From assembly GCF_054482525.1 (NCBI RefSeq), contig NZ_CM137006.1: 64,000 nucleotides of DNA; one strand, 5' to 3'. Position numbers and translations under genes: made by a program. This document shows positions 39,270-53,663 of the stretch, one piece after another (the first letter of the stretch is position 1; each line of letters begins with the position of its first letter). The notes below the pieces were generated by a model. It ran no database searches. It was not told the origin of the DNA and worked only from the letters and a program-made list of their open reading frames with translations.

Positions 39270-40627
39270 TGAAAAGATTATCTATAACCGTCCGTTTAAC
39301 CTTGCTTTTTATATTGCTGCTGTCTGTTGCTGGCGCTGGAATTGTATGGACTCTCTATAATGGCCTGGCAAGTGAGTTGAAATGGCGCGATGATACAACA
39401 CTCATTAACCGGACAGCGCAGATCAAGCAGTTGTTAATTGATGGGGTAAATCCAGATACGTTACCTGTGTACTTTAACCGGATGATGGATGTTAGTCAGG
39501 ATATCTTGATCATTCATGGTGATAGCATCAACAAAATTGTTAACCGGACGAATGTCAGTGATGACATGTTAAATAACATACCTGCTACTGAGACAATCAG
39601 CGCAGCTGGCATTTACAGAAGCATTATTAATGATACAGAGATAGATGCTTTACGAATTAATATTGATGAAGTTTCGCCATCATTAACGGTTACTGTGGCT
39701 AAATTGGCTTCAGCCAGACATAACATGCTTGAACAGTATAAAATTAATAGCATTATAATTTGCATTGTCGCCATTATACTTTGCTCAGTATTAAGTCCGT
39801 TGTTAATCAGAACGGGGTTACGAGAGATCAAAAAGTTGAGTGGTGTAACGGAAGCGCTGAATTATAACGATAACCGGGAGCCTGTTGAGGTTAGCGCATT
39901 ACCGAGAGAACTAAAACCTCTTGGGCAGGCGTTGAATAAAATGCACCAAGCCTTAGTCAAAGATTTTGAACGCCTAAGTCAATTTGCTGACGATCTCGCT
40001 CATGAACTTAGAACACCAATTAATGCATTACTGGGTCAGAATCAGGTTACGCTCAGTCAAACCAGAAGTATCGCTGAATATCAAAAAACAATTGCCGGAA
40101 ACATTGAAGAGCTGGAAAATATTTCGCGGTTAACAGAGAACATACTGTTTCTTGCCAGGGCAGATAAAAACAATGTTTTGGTGAAACTGGATTCGCTTTC
40201 TCTCAATAAGGAAGTCGAAAATTTGTTGGACTATCTTGAATACCTTTCAGACGAGAAAGAGATTTACTTTAAGGTCGAGTGCAATCAGCAAATTTTTGCG
40301 GATAAAATTTTACTGCAACGAATGTTATCGAATCTTATTGTTAACGCTATTCGATATTCACCAGAAAAATCGCGCATTCAGATAACCAGTTTTCTTGATA
40401 CCAACGGTTCTCTTAATATTGATATCGCCAGTCCTGGAACGAAAATTCATGAGCCTGAAAAACTCTTCCGTAGATTTTGGCGGGGAGATAATTCGCGTCA
40501 TTCCGTAGGTCAGGGACTTGGTCTTTCTTTAGTCAAAGCGATTGCCGAATTGCATGGGGGAAGTGCTACGTATCACTATCTCAATAAGCATAATGTGTTC
40601 CGGATTACGTTACCGCAAAGAAATTAA
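39269..40627 (+). CDS. hprS: sensor histidine kinase HprS (YedV)
   Basis: 452 aa with the H-box LAHELRTP. Confidence 0.9.
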   Translation: MKRLSITVRLTLLFILLLSVAGAGIVWTLYNGLASELKWRDDTTLINRTAQIKQLLIDGVNPDTLPVYFNRMMDVSQDILIIHGDSINKIVNRTNVSDDMLNNIPATETISAAGIYRSIINDTEIDALRINIDEVSPSLTVTVAKLASARHNMLEQYKINSIIICIVAIILCSVLSPLLIRTGLREIKKLSGVTEALNYNDNREPVEVSALPRELKPLGQALNKMHQALVKDFERLSQFADDLAHELRTPINALLGQNQVTLSQTRSIAEYQKTIAGNIEELENISRLTENILFLARADKNNVLVKLDSLSLNKEVENLLDYLEYLSDEKEIYFKVECNQQIFADKILLQRMLSNLIVNAIRYSPEKSRIQITSFLDTNGSLNIDIASPGTKIHEPEKLFRRFWRGDNSRHSVGQGLGLSLVKAIAELHGGSATYHYLNKHNVFRITLPQRN

Positions 40628-40733
40628 CATAGGGCTTCAGTACGCCATAAATTAACCGTGAAAAACGCAGCCACGTCGTGAGTACTAACGCGGCTGCGAT
40701 TGATTATGTGCTTACATTCAAACGTAACAGGGA

Positions 40734-41585
40734 TTAACCCGCGTAAGCTGCCAGCATTTCCTGCGCCGCCAGTTTACCCAACGCATTCGCTGCGAAAGGA
40801 CTGTCGCCGGTGAGAACTTTACGGTCCTTATGTACTCGCCCGGTGATGTCGTCATTAATAATGTTCATGCCCATTTTCTTCAGCTCTTCGCCGAAGTACC
40901 AGGTGAGATGACCCGGCATATAGCCTATCTCTGGCGTTTGTTTGTCTGCGGCGTCTGGGAATGCGCAAATGGAATAACCATTCAGTGGGTTATCGCCGTG
41001 GCGAAGCGCCAGAAATGCCGCCGGGCCGTGGCAAAGGGAGATAACAAAACGGTCATTTTTGATTGCCCACTGTAAAGCGGCAGCCACGTTCTGGCTTTCT
41101 GGTAAACCAATAAGTGCGCCATGACCACCAGGAACAAAGATTGCTGCATATTCGCTGTCAGCGTTGAGGCTGGCGACAACATCCGCGAGTTTCTTCGGAT
41201 TGCGGAACAACGATTTATGCTGCTCAAAGAATGGCATTACTTTTTCATCTTTGTGCGGCATAGCCCAGTATTCAAACTTGGTCATCAGACCGGAAATGGT
41301 CGCCACTTCGAATTCGAAACCTGCAGCGTGGAGATGATACAACGGCAGCAACGTTTCAATCGGATGGTTACCGGTCGAGAACAGTTTTCCGTTATCGGTC
41401 GGCAAATAACGTTCGTCCGCGGCGATCACCAGAATTTTATGTTTACCGCGATACGGTTTTGGATAGTCCACGCCATCAAGATCAGAGACAGGACTGGTAT
41501 ATTGGCTAAGCGAATATTCTGAAGGGAAGAATGCATTATCTTCAGCAATATCGACCTGCGGATTTTTACTTGTTTGAACAGTCAT
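40734..41585 (-). CDS. hchA: Hsp31 glyoxalase/chaperone HchA
   Basis: 283 aa. Matches K-12 HchA. Confidence 0.95.
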   Translation of the reverse strand: MTVQTSKNPQVDIAEDNAFFPSEYSLSQYTSPVSDLDGVDYPKPYRGKHKILVIAADERYLPTDNGKLFSTGNHPIETLLPLYHLHAAGFEFEVATISGLMTKFEYWAMPHKDEKVMPFFEQHKSLFRNPKKLADVVASLNADSEYAAIFVPGGHGALIGLPESQNVAAALQWAIKNDRFVISLCHGPAAFLALRHGDNPLNGYSICAFPDAADKQTPEIGYMPGHLTWYFGEELKKMGMNIINDDITGRVHKDRKVLTGDSPFAANALGKLAAQEMLAAYAG

Positions 41586-42097
41586 AGTGTATTCCTTATT
41601 GTTGCTTAGTTAGGGTAGTCACTATATTTGCGACTGAGCTGGTCGTTATTTTTACCCAGTCTGGAAAATTGAGTCAATATATCGAAAGCGGTAGTCGGCG
41701 GGCGTAAGTATGTAATGATGATGCTGCACTGGTGTTGAATATTATTCACGCCAAATTTTCCTTATGGAGCAACGCCGTCGCAAGTGGCCTCAATGATTTT
41801 AGACCATTATCAGAGGTCCGGGGCGGCAGGGAGAGATTTAATGTTGTGGAATATTGTGGTGCTGATGAATATTTATATCGCGGATTGGTAGAGAAAAAGC
41901 TTTTTTCATGCACTATTTTTGCAAATATTTCTATATGGACGGCGGTTTTGTTGCGGATTAATTCATAAAGAAATGCATTTGGGTGTTGGCTGGAAGAGAC
42001 GCTGGTAGATTTTATTGAGCCAGGAGGGGCGGGGTAATGTGCTGTATCGATATGCTTTGGCAATTGCGTGTGCCGCAGATGGAGATGAAATGCCAAT

Positions 42098-42133
42098 AAA
42101 AAAGCCTGAGTTCGATGAGGGACGAACTCAGGC
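42098..42133 (-). terminator. yedS intrinsic terminator
   Basis: The minus strand reads GCCTGAGTTCG-loop-CGAACTCAGGC followed by T6. Confidence 0.75.
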
Positions 42134-42176
42134 TATTGTTAAGTTTTACAGTAACACGCCACGGCGCGTTGGCTGA

Positions 42177-43292
42177 TTAGAACTGGTAGACGATACCAAC
42201 TGCAAACTGGTCATCAGCTGCTGCGCCAGTAATGGCGGCGTCATCTTTATCCAGCATGTTGAATTTGTATGCAGTATAAACGTTCATGTTCTTATTGAAG
42301 TAGTACCAGGTACCAACTTCAATGTAGTTCACACGGTCAGCGTCAACATATCTATGTCCAGGTACACCTTTGATATCTTTACCTTTAGAATACACATAAC
42401 CTAAGGACGGACGCAGACCAAAGTCGAATTGATACTGAACAACCGCTTCAAAGTTCTGGGTTTCATTGATAAGTTGATCACGCATTATTGTATTGCCTTC
42501 TCGATCGGCAACACCTGTATCAATAGAACTCGGAGTCATATTACGAGTTTCACCGTACATTACAGCTGCGTAGACATTGTTCGCGTCATACTTTGCAGCC
42601 AATGACCACAGTTCAGCATTTGAACCGTTTCCATCGGCAACTTGATCGTTGGTGCGATCAGATTTGCTATATGCACCAACGATACCAAAACCATTGATGT
42701 TATAGTCTACAGACAACGCATAGCCGTCACCATTTTGTTTCTTAGTGCTACGGTTGCTGTTTTTGCCTTGGTACTGAATCGCAAAATCAAGACCATCAAC
42801 CAGACCAAAGAAATCAGAGTTACGGTAGGTTGCAACACCGTTGGTACGACCGTTCATGAAGTTGTCAGCGGACGCCCAGGAATCACCACCCCATTCAACT
42901 AACATATCGGTATAAGCTGCGGCATCATAAGCAACACCGTAGTTACGACCATAGTCGAAAGATCCTAACTCGTTATATTTCAAACCTGCGAAGGTTAAAC
43001 GGGTTTTTTCCTGATTAGAGCCTTCGGGCTTGCTGGCGTCGAGGTTGTATTCAAACTGACCAAAACCAGTCAGTTCGCTGGTGATTTGGGTTTCACCTTT
43101 AACACCGAAACGAGCATAGGAGGTATCTTCGTTTTCGCTGTTATTATCATCAGTATTTGACCAGATGCGTTCGCCAACCATCTTGCCGTAGAAATCAACT
43201 TTATTGCCATCTTTATTATAAATTTCAGCCGCATTTGCTGCGCCAGCAACTAATAACGCCGGGACCAGCATTGCCAGAACTTTTCTTTTCAT
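42177..43292 (-). CDS. yedS: OmpC/OmpF-family porin YedS, uninterrupted
   Basis: The signal peptide [21 protein letters not shown] starts at 43292. The protein has a C-terminal ...GIVYQF. The ORF is continuous, whereas K-12 yedS is split. Confidence 0.85.
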   Translation of the reverse strand: MKRKVLAMLVPALLVAGAANAAEIYNKDGNKVDFYGKMVGERIWSNTDDNNSENEDTSYARFGVKGETQITSELTGFGQFEYNLDASKPEGSNQEKTRLTFAGLKYNELGSFDYGRNYGVAYDAAAYTDMLVEWGGDSWASADNFMNGRTNGVATYRNSDFFGLVDGLDFAIQYQGKNSNRSTKKQNGDGYALSVDYNINGFGIVGAYSKSDRTNDQVADGNGSNAELWSLAAKYDANNVYAAVMYGETRNMTPSSIDTGVADREGNTIMRDQLINETQNFEAVVQYQFDFGLRPSLGYVYSKGKDIKGVPGHRYVDADRVNYIEVGTWYYFNKNMNVYTAYKFNMLDKDDAAITGAAADDQFAVGIVYQF

Positions 43293-43603
43293 TATGTATT
43301 CCCTTGTGATTATAATCTTCATGAATATATCAATAAGTGCTGTTATCCAAAAAAAAGCACATTTGGATACTATTCTATGAAGTTCATTTTATTTTAAAGA
43401 TTACATGTAACAAATGTATTTAAAAGATTTCAAAATGTTTCCAATCTATTTAATATAATTCAGAATTATGAATTCTAAATATAAGCATTCATGAAAATTA
43501 TAAATACATATCAATATGTTATGAGTTGAGCGGAAATATAGGGGGTATCAATGATTGTTGCGCCAAACGGCTGGTGTGATCACGCGCACATTAATGAAGA
43601 CAT

Positions 43604-43694
43604 AAAAAAAGCCGGCATCATGCCGGCCCAAAAAATATAAACAAGACGATAAAAGGCTAATAACGGAAGCATCATGACACAGAATAATAAAAAG
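43604..43694 (-). ncRNA. rseX: RseX sRNA (5' end approximate)
   Basis: A minus-strand terminator (GCCGGCATGATGCCGGC + T7) lies at 43627-43604. In K-12, rseX lies between yedR and yedS and is transcribed toward yedS (from memory). Confidence 0.6.
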
Positions 43695-43857
43695 GGATAA
43701 TTGTAATCAGTGCTAATATATTGATCGAATGAATTAATAAAGCCGATATCAAAGATAAATAAAATCGCTCAAAACGATTTTTCCTGTATTCACTGCCATT
43801 GCGCAAAAATTATCTATTTGTTCAAAAAATGATTGAGTCTTGACTGGCTCATCCAAT

Positions 43858-44223
43858 GTGGAAAAATGTGACTTTTATCACATAATAGTACTAAGTCTGA
43901 ATTTTCCGGGTTATCTCAAAATGGAATACGGTTCGACAAAGATGGAAGAGAGACTCTCTCGCAGCCCTGGTGGCAAATTGGCTTTGTGGGCTTTCTATAC
44001 ATGGTGTGGCTATTTTGTCTGGGCAATGGCGCGTTACATCTGGGTGATGAGCCGGATCCCCGATGCCCCCGTGTCGGGATTTGAAAGCGATTTAGGCTCT
44101 ACCGCGGGAAAGTGGTTAGGGGCACTGGTCGGCTTTTTATTTATGGCTCTGGTCGGGGCATTGTTAGGCAGCATTGCCTGGTACACCCGACCTCGTCCCG
44201 CACGCAGCAGACGCTATGAATAA
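43858..44223 (+). CDS. yedR: inner-membrane protein YedR (start uncertain: 43840 TTG, 43858 GTG or 43921 ATG)
   Basis: Matches K-12 YedR, which is 121 aa if the GTG at 43858 is used. Confidence 0.75.
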   Translation: MEKCDFYHIIVLSLNFPGYLKMEYGSTKMEERLSRSPGGKLALWAFYTWCGYFVWAMARYIWVMSRIPDAPVSGFESDLGSTAGKWLGALVGFLFMALVGALLGSIAWYTRPRPARSRRYE

Positions 44224-44262
44224 AAACTGCTAATGTTGCGACTCTTTGGCAACGGAGCGCGT

Positions 44263-44958
44263 ATGGACTTACAACACTGGCAGACACAGTTCGAAAACTG
44301 GTTGAAAAACCATCATCAGCACCAGGACGCGGCCCATGACGTGTGTCATTTTCGCCGCGTCTGGGCTACGGCACAGAAGCTGGCGGCAGATGACGATGTC
44401 GATATGCTGGTGATTTTAACCGCCTGTTATTTTCACGATATTGTGAGCCTGGCGAAAAATCATCCACAACGGCAGCATTCTTCAATCCTGGCGGCAGAAG
44501 AGACGCGTCGCCTGCTCCGTGAAGAGTTCGTGCAATTTCCGGCGGAGAAAATCGAGGCCGTTTGTCATGCCATTGCCGCTCACAGTTTCAGCGCGCAAAT
44601 CGCCCCCTTAACAACGGAAGCTAAAATCGTCCAGGATGCGGATCGGCTGGAAGCCCTGGGGGCGATTGGCCTGGCGCGCGTGTTTGCTGTTTCAGGGGCA
44701 TTGGGCGTGGCGCTGTTTGATGGTGAAGATCCGTTCGCACAGCATCGCCCGCTTGATGATAAACGCTACGCGCTGGATCATTTCCAGACTAAGTTGCTGA
44801 AGCTACCGCAAACCATGCAAACCGCAAGAGGCAAGCAGCTGGCGCAGCACAACGCGCAATTTTTAGTCGAGTTTATGGCGAAGCTCAGTGCCGAACTGGC
44901 GGGGGAGAATGAAGGTGTCGATCACAAGGTGATAGATGCGTTTTCACCCGCGGGCTGA
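44263..44958 (+). CDS. yedJ: HD-domain phosphohydrolase YedJ
   Basis: [13 protein letters not shown]... gives 231 aa. The HD motif is FHDIV. Confidence 0.85.
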   Translation: MDLQHWQTQFENWLKNHHQHQDAAHDVCHFRRVWATAQKLAADDDVDMLVILTACYFHDIVSLAKNHPQRQHSSILAAEETRRLLREEFVQFPAEKIEAVCHAIAAHSFSAQIAPLTTEAKIVQDADRLEALGAIGLARVFAVSGALGVALFDGEDPFAQHRPLDDKRYALDHFQTKLLKLPQTMQTARGKQLAQHNAQFLVEFMAKLSAELAGENEGVDHKVIDAFSPAG

Positions 44959-45024
44959 GCGCGTGGCCCTAAATGGCTGTAATTATGTTAACCTGTCGGC
45001 CATCTCAGATGGCCGGTTAAATCT

Positions 45025-46443
45025 ATGCAGGAAAATATATCAGTAACCGATTCATACAGCACCGGGAATGCCGCACAGGCAATGCTGGAGAAACTGCTGC
45101 AAATTTATGATGTTAAAACGCTGGTGGCGCAGCTTAATGGTGTGGGTGAGAATCACTGGAGCGCGGCAATTTTAAAACGTGCGCTGGCGAATGACTCGGC
45201 ATGGCACCGTTTAAGTGAGAAAGAGTTCGCCCATCTGCAAACGTTGTTACCCAAACCACCGGCACATCATCCGCATTATGCGTTTCGCTTTATCGATCTA
45301 TTTGCCGGTATTGGCGGCATCCGTCGCGGTTTTGAATCGATTGGCGGACAGTGCGTGTTTACCAGCGAATGGAACAAACATGCGGTACGCACTTATAAAG
45401 CCAACCATTATTGCGACCCGGCGACGCATCATTTTAATGAAGATATCCGCGACATCACCCTCAGCCATAAAGACGGCGTGAGTGATGAGACGGCGGCGGA
45501 ACATATTCGTCAACACATTCCTGAACACGATGTATTACTGGCCGGTTTCCCATGTCAGCCATTTTCGCTGGCTGGCGTATCGAAAAAGAACTCGCTCGGG
45601 CGGGCGCACGGTTTTGCCTGCGATACCCAGGGCACGCTGTTCTTTGATGTGGTGCGCATTATCGACGCGCGTCGTCCGGCGATGTTTGTGCTCGAAAACG
45701 TCAAAAACCTGAAAAGTCACGATAAAGGAAAAACGTTCCGCATCATCATGCAGACGCTGGACGAACTGGGCTATGACGTGGCTGATGCAGAAGATAACGG
45801 GCCGGACGATCCGAAAATCATCGATGGTAAACATTTCCTGCCGCAGCACCGTGAACGCATCGTGCTGGTGGGTTTTCGTCGCGATCTGAATCTGAAAGCC
45901 GATTTTACCCTGCGTGATATCAGCGAATGTTTTCCTGCGCAGCGAGTGACGCTGGCCCAGCTGCTGGACCCGATGGTCGAGGCGAAATATATCCTGACGC
46001 CGGTGCTGTGGAAGTACCTCTATCGTTATGCGAAAAAACATCAGGCACGCGGTAACGGCTTCGGTTATGGAATGGTTTATCCGAACAATCCGCAAAGCGT
46101 CACGCGTACTCTGTCTGCGCGTTATTACAAAGATGGCGCGGAAATTTTAATCGATCGCGGCTGGGATATGGCCACGGGTGAAAAAGACTTTGACGATCCG
46201 CTGAATCAGCAACATCGTCCACGTCGGTTAACGCCTCGGGAATGCGCGCGCTTAATGGGTTTTGAAGCGCCGGGAGAAGCGAAATTCCGCATTCCGGTTT
46301 CGGACACTCAGGCCTATCGCCAGTTCGGTAACTCGGTGGTCGTGCCGGTCTTTGCCGCGGTGGCAAAACTGCTTGAGCCAAAAATCAAACAGGCGGTGGC
46401 GTTGCGTCAGCAAGAGGCACAACATGGGCGACGTTCACGATAA
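45025..46443 (+). CDS. dcm: DNA cytosine-5 methyltransferase Dcm
   Basis: 472 aa with FAGIGG and GFPCQPFS motifs. Confidence 0.95.
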   Translation: MQENISVTDSYSTGNAAQAMLEKLLQIYDVKTLVAQLNGVGENHWSAAILKRALANDSAWHRLSEKEFAHLQTLLPKPPAHHPHYAFRFIDLFAGIGGIRRGFESIGGQCVFTSEWNKHAVRTYKANHYCDPATHHFNEDIRDITLSHKDGVSDETAAEHIRQHIPEHDVLLAGFPCQPFSLAGVSKKNSLGRAHGFACDTQGTLFFDVVRIIDARRPAMFVLENVKNLKSHDKGKTFRIIMQTLDELGYDVADAEDNGPDDPKIIDGKHFLPQHRERIVLVGFRRDLNLKADFTLRDISECFPAQRVTLAQLLDPMVEAKYILTPVLWKYLYRYAKKHQARGNGFGYGMVYPNNPQSVTRTLSARYYKDGAEILIDRGWDMATGEKDFDDPLNQQHRPRRLTPRECARLMGFEAPGEAKFRIPVSDTQAYRQFGNSVVVPVFAAVAKLLEPKIKQAVALRQQEAQHGRRSR

Positions 46444-46894
46444 GGCCACCCGCAGCAAAAATATGCGCGCGATTGCTACGCGTGATACGGCGATTGAGAA
46501 GCGCCTCGCCAGTCTGTTAACCGGGCAGGGCCTGGCATTTCGCGTTCAGGACGCGGATCTCCCCGGACGCCCGGATTTTGTCGTTGATGAATATCGCTGC
46601 GTGATATTTACCCACGGCTGCTTCTGGCATCATCATCACTGCTATCTGTTTAAAATGCCTGCGACTCGAACCGAGTTCTGGCTGGAGAAGATAGGTAAAA
46701 ATGTTGAGCGGGATCGCCGTGATATCAGTCGCTTGCAGGAGCTTGGCTGGCGTGTACTGATTGTCTGGGAGTGTGCGTTACGTGGGCGCGAGAAGCTGAC
46801 GGATGAAGCGCTTACCGAGCGTCTGGAAGAGTGGATCTGCGGCGAAGGTGCCAGCGCGCAGATCGACACGCAGGGGATTCATTTACTCGCTTGA
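46424..46894 (+). CDS. vsr: very-short-patch repair endonuclease Vsr, overlapping the dcm 3' end by 20 nt
   Basis: [17 protein letters not shown]... begins at the ATG at 46424, giving 156 aa. Confidence 0.95.
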   Translation: MGDVHDKATRSKNMRAIATRDTAIEKRLASLLTGQGLAFRVQDADLPGRPDFVVDEYRCVIFTHGCFWHHHHCYLFKMPATRTEFWLEKIGKNVERDRRDISRLQELGWRVLIVWECALRGREKLTDEALTERLEEWICGEGASAQIDTQGIHLLA

Positions 46895-47803
46895 TGCATC
46901 CTGAATAACTGGCGCAACTACGGGTTTTGCCGGGAAGAGATATTTTCCCAACGTGACCAGTACCACCGCGAAGACAATCACGCCGAGCGCCAGCCATTCA
47001 ATCTTCGACAGCGTCTCTCCGCCCAGTCCCGTACCCAGCAAGACCGCGACCACAGGGTTAACGTAGGCGTAGCTGGTGGCGAGAGCCGGACTGACGTTGC
47101 GGATTAAATACATATAAGCGTTAATGGCGATAATCGAACCAAACAGCGCCAGATAGCCGACCGCAAGGAAGCCTGAAAGGGAAGGGAGCGCCGTCAGTTT
47201 TTCACCCGCAATCATCGACGCGATCATTAACACCACGCCTGCCGCCAGCATCTCAATCGCACCCGCCATCATCCCTACAGGTAAGGTAATGCGCGAGCCA
47301 TAAACCGAGCCAAACGCCCAGCTAATCGAGCCGATTAAAATCAGAATCGCGCCCCACGGATTGCCGCTTAAATTTCCACCGCTATTGAGCATGATGATTC
47401 CGGCAAGCTCAATGGCGATACCCACCCATTCCAGTTTGCGCGTTTTAATGCCAAACAGGCGGCTGAAGCACAGGGTAAAAAGGGGCACGGTTGCAACCAC
47501 TACGGCGGCGATGCCGGAAGGAACATTTTGATGTTCGGCAACCGTCACCATGCCATTACCGACAGCCAGCAATAACAGGCCAATCAGCGCGGCATTGAGC
47601 AGCGGACGTAGCGGGGGGAGTTTGTGTCCGCGCAGTAGCAAAAATGCCAGCAATAAAATACCGGCTGCCAGGAATCGAACGCCCGCCATCATTAACGGAG
47701 GCCAGCTTTCCACGCCAATCCGAATGACAAAATAGGTTGAGCCCCAAATGATATACAACGCAAACAACGCGCCAAAAAGCGGTAACAACTGGCGGAAACG
47801 CAT
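46883..47803 (-). CDS. yedA: EamA/DMT-family transporter YedA
   Basis: 306-aa membrane protein, syntenic with K-12. Confidence 0.9.
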   Translation of the reverse strand: MRFRQLLPLFGALFALYIIWGSTYFVIRIGVESWPPLMMAGVRFLAAGILLLAFLLLRGHKLPPLRPLLNAALIGLLLLAVGNGMVTVAEHQNVPSGIAAVVVATVPLFTLCFSRLFGIKTRKLEWVGIAIELAGIIMLNSGGNLSGNPWGAILILIGSISWAFGSVYGSRITLPVGMMAGAIEMLAAGVVLMIASMIAGEKLTALPSLSGFLAVGYLALFGSIIAINAYMYLIRNVSPALATSYAYVNPVVAVLLGTGLGGETLSKIEWLALGVIVFAVVLVTLGKYLFPAKPVVAPVIQDASSE

Positions 47804-47975
47804 AATCCCTCACGGTGGAAATAAAAAGGTGGTTCATAGTAAACGTGAAAATCATTCTGCTGGCGAGAGATATAATTGCACTTGATTGTTAAAAAAATGT
47901 TGACCTGTGAAGCAAGTATCAGAGGTGCCGTTTTTGCTTCATACTTACACCCTTCAACAATAAAAATGAGAGGGA

Positions 47976-48893
47976 ATGCTTTTGGCCGGGAGTAGTTTAC
48001 TGACGTTGCTCGATGATATCGCCACACTGCTGGACGATATTTCCGTGATGGGCAAGCTGGCGGCGAAGAAAACCGCCGGTGTATTAGGGGATGACTTATC
48101 GCTCAATGCGCAACAAGTTTCAGGCGTGCGGGCCAACCGGGAACTTCCCGTGGTCTGGGGCGTGGCGAAAGGATCGCTGATCAATAAAGTGATTCTGGTG
48201 CCGCTGGCGCTGATCATCAGTGCGTTTATCCCGTGGGCGATTACGCCACTGTTGATGATTGGCGGCGCGTTTCTCTGCTTTGAAGGGGTAGAGAAAGTGC
48301 TGCATATGCTGGAGGCGCGTAAACATAAAGAAGATCCGGCGCAGAGTCAGCAGCGTCTGGAGAAGCTGGCGGCGCAGGATCCGCTGAAGTTTGAAAAAGA
48401 CAAAATAAAAGGGGCGATTCGTACCGATTTTATATTGTCTGCGGAAATCGTCGCCATCACGCTGGGGATTGTGGCAGAAGCGCCGTTGCTTAATCAGGTG
48501 CTGGTGCTTTCAGGCATCGCGCTGGTAGTGACCGTGGGCGTCTACGGTCTGGTAGGGGTTATCGTTAAGATTGATGACCTGGGGTATTGGCTGGCGGAAA
48601 AATCCAGCGCGCTGATGCAGGCATTAGGTAAAGGGTTATTGATCATTGCGCCCTGGTTGATGAAAGCGTTATCGATTGTCGGCACGCTGGCGATGTTCCT
48701 CGTCGGCGGCGGGATTGTGGTACATGGTATTGCGCCGCTGCATCACGCCATTGAACATTTCGCCGGGCAGCAAAGTGCAGTGGTGGCGATGATATTACCG
48801 ACTGTTTTAAATCTGATTCTTGGATTTATCATCGGCGGCATCGTGGTGCTGGGAGTGAAAGCAGTAGCGAAAATGCGCGGTCAGGCACATTAA
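47976..48893 (+). CDS. yedI: DUF808 inner-membrane protein YedI
   Basis: 305 aa, syntenic with K-12. Confidence 0.9.
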   Translation: MLLAGSSLLTLLDDIATLLDDISVMGKLAAKKTAGVLGDDLSLNAQQVSGVRANRELPVVWGVAKGSLINKVILVPLALIISAFIPWAITPLLMIGGAFLCFEGVEKVLHMLEARKHKEDPAQSQQRLEKLAAQDPLKFEKDKIKGAIRTDFILSAEIVAITLGIVAEAPLLNQVLVLSGIALVVTVGVYGLVGVIVKIDDLGYWLAEKSSALMQALGKGLLIIAPWLMKALSIVGTLAMFLVGGGIVVHGIAPLHHAIEHFAGQQSAVVAMILPTVLNLILGFIIGGIVVLGVKAVAKMRGQAH

Positions 48894-48971
48894 TACTCGC
48901 ACTGGCTATTATGCAAAATTCGCCATCTTCAACTAAGGTGAACAAGTTTCACTCGAAAAAAGGAGGCGAGT

Positions 48972-49154
48972 ATGAGCTTTATGGTTAGTGAGGAAGTTAC
49001 GGTTAAAGAGGGCGGCCCGCGGATGATTGTCACCGGATACTCCAGCGGTATGGTTGAGTGTCGTTGGTATGACGGTTACGGGGTCAAGCGGGAAGCTTTT
49101 CATGAAACCGAGCTTGTTCCGGGGGAGGGGAGTCGTTCTGCGGAAGAAGTTTGA
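48972..49154 (+). CDS. yodC: small protein YodC (DUF2158)
   Basis: 60 aa, MSFMVSEEVTVKEGGPRMIVTGY... Confidence 0.85.
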   Translation: MSFMVSEEVTVKEGGPRMIVTGYSSGMVECRWYDGYGVKREAFHETELVPGEGSRSAEEV

Positions 49155-49324
49155 AAGGGTATCATTAACACCAGGCCGGATCACATCCGGCCTGGTGTGC
49201 CAATGCCTGCAATGAATGATAGTCGCGTCTTATCATGCCACCATTATAAAATTATCGCTGTTTTGCGGTACGTTATCGCCGGGTTATGCCAGAATCATAA
49301 AAAAGCAGGTTGGGAGTCGTCAGG

Positions 49325-51849
<2,525 letters not shown>

Positions 51850-51995
51850 TTACCAGGATGATTCTTAAAACAGCACAAATTATCAAAGATGATTTTTTCG
51901 GGAGCGATCCCGTTGACGCCAGAGCCACCAAGGGGTGACGCGCGTCACATTTCTATTCATAAGTAGCGTTAATCATTCATATCACGAATATTTTC

Positions 51996-52024
51996 TTGTC
52001 AGCGAAAAAAATTGCGGATAAGGT
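51996..52024 (+). promoter_or_regulatory. dsrA promoter (-35 TTGTCA, 17 bp, -10 TAAGGT)
   Basis: The hexamers were read directly. The transcript start follows 5 nt later. Confidence 0.7.
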
Positions 52025-52028
52025 GATG

Positions 52029-52115
52029 AACACATCAGATTTCCTGGTGTAACGAATTTTTTAAGTGCTTCTTGCTTAAGCAAGTTTCATCCCGACCCCC
52101 TCAGGGTCGGGATTT
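52029..52115 (+). ncRNA. dsrA: DsrA sRNA
   Basis: AACACATCAGATTTCCTGGTGTAACGAATTTTTTAAGTGCTTCTTGCTTAAGCAAGTTTCATCCCGACCCCCTCAGGGTCGGGATTT matches DsrA, including its terminator. Confidence 0.95.
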
Positions 52116-52128
52116 TTTTATTGTGCAT

Positions 52129-52356
52129 TCAACGATTCACTTCAGAGACGCTGAAGTCATGAATATCCAGTTCGAAGGCATCCGCCAATTCACGCCATGT
52201 ATGATATTCACGTCCATCGACGCTAACGTGTTCAGAATCGTTCTGGCTGCGATGAACTTCGCTTTCGCTAATTTCATTGATCGCCGCCAGCAGGGCATCG
52301 ACATCGACGCTGACCTCACGTTTTGCGGTATCGCTGTACTCTTTTGCGGTTTTCAT
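52129..52356 (-). CDS. yodD: stress-induced small protein YodD
   Basis: MKTAKEYSDTAKREVSVDVD..., 75 aa. Confidence 0.85.
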   Translation of the reverse strand: MKTAKEYSDTAKREVSVDVDALLAAINEISESEVHRSQNDSEHVSVDGREYHTWRELADAFELDIHDFSVSEVNR

Positions 52357-52428
52357 CATCTTTCCTCGCAACCGTTACTCTGTTGTTGCCGCCAGTCGTT
52401 AAGTCCGCCTGGCATCTCTTAAGTATAG

Positions 52429-52707
<279 letters not shown>

Positions 52708-52750
52708 TCTAATTCAGCCTGACTGGTGGGAAACCACCAGTCAGAATGTG

Positions 52751-53374
52751 TTAGCGCATGTTGACAAAAATACCATTAGTCACATTATCCGTCAGTCGGA
52801 CGACATGGTAGATAACCTGTTTATTATGCGTTTTGATCTTACGTTTAATATTACCTTTATGCGATGAAACGGTCTTGGCTTTGATATTCATTTGGTCGGA
52901 GATTTGAATGGTTCCCTGACCTGCCATCCACATTCGCAACATACTCGATTCGGTTCGGCTCAATGATAACGTCGGCATATTTAAAAACGAGGTTATCGTT
53001 GTCTCTTTTTTCAGAATATCGCCAAGGATATCGTCGAGAGATTCCGGTTTAATCGATTTAGAACTGATCAATAAATTTTTTCTGACCAATAGATATTCAT
53101 CAAAATGAACATTGGCAATTGCCATAAAAACGATAAATAACGTATTGGGATGTTGATTAATGATGAGCTTGATACGCTGACTGTTAGAAGCATCGTGGAT
53201 GAAACAGTCCTCATTAATAAACACCACTGAAGGGCGCTGTGAATCACAAGCTATGGCAAGGTCATCAACGGTTTCAATGTCGTTGATTTCTCTTTTTTTA
53301 ACCCCTCTACTCAACAGATACCCGGTTAAACCTAGTCGGGTGTAACTACATAAATCCATAATAATCGTTGACAT
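52751..53374 (-). CDS. rcsA: LuxR-type colanic acid activator RcsA
   Basis: 207 aa. Matches K-12 RcsA. Confidence 0.95.
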
Positions 53375-53663
53375 GGCATACCCTCACTCAATGCGTAACG
53401 ATAATTCCCCTTACCTGAATATTTCATCATGACTAAACGGAACAACATGGGTCACCTAATGCGCCACTCTCGCGATTTTTCAGGCGGACTTACTATCCCG
53501 TAAAGTGTTGTATAATTTGCCTGGAATTGTCTTAAAGTAAAGTAAATGTTGCGATATGTGAGTGAGCTTAAAACAAATATTTCGCCGCAGGAGTATCCTG
53601 GAAGATGTTCGTAGGTATTATTTTTCGGATAATCCTTAGGATAACATGATAAACGTTACGGAA

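Noticed and set aside
41732-42096. Overlapping 78-aa (+) and 116-aa (-) ORFs between hchA and yedS
   Set aside because: They are mutually antisense in an intergenic regulatory/terminator region. Neither has start signals or family resemblance.
43580-43675. 31-codon hydrophobic ORF (MMLPLLAFYRLVYIFWAGMMPAFFMSSLMCA) on the RseX strand, reminiscent of a type I toxin
   Set aside because: The reading frame runs through the RseX terminator hairpin and U-tract, and its stop codon (43582-43580) lies beyond the expected RNA 3' end. There is also no Shine-Dalgarno sequence upstream of the ATG.
46262-46423. N-terminal extension of vsr to 210 aa (and similar extensions of hprR at 38487, fliM at 57358, fliH at 61496, yodD at 52371, yedS at 43322)
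   Set aside because: These extended frames overlap upstream genes or intergenic regions. The known K-12 start codons are present and give the canonical lengths.
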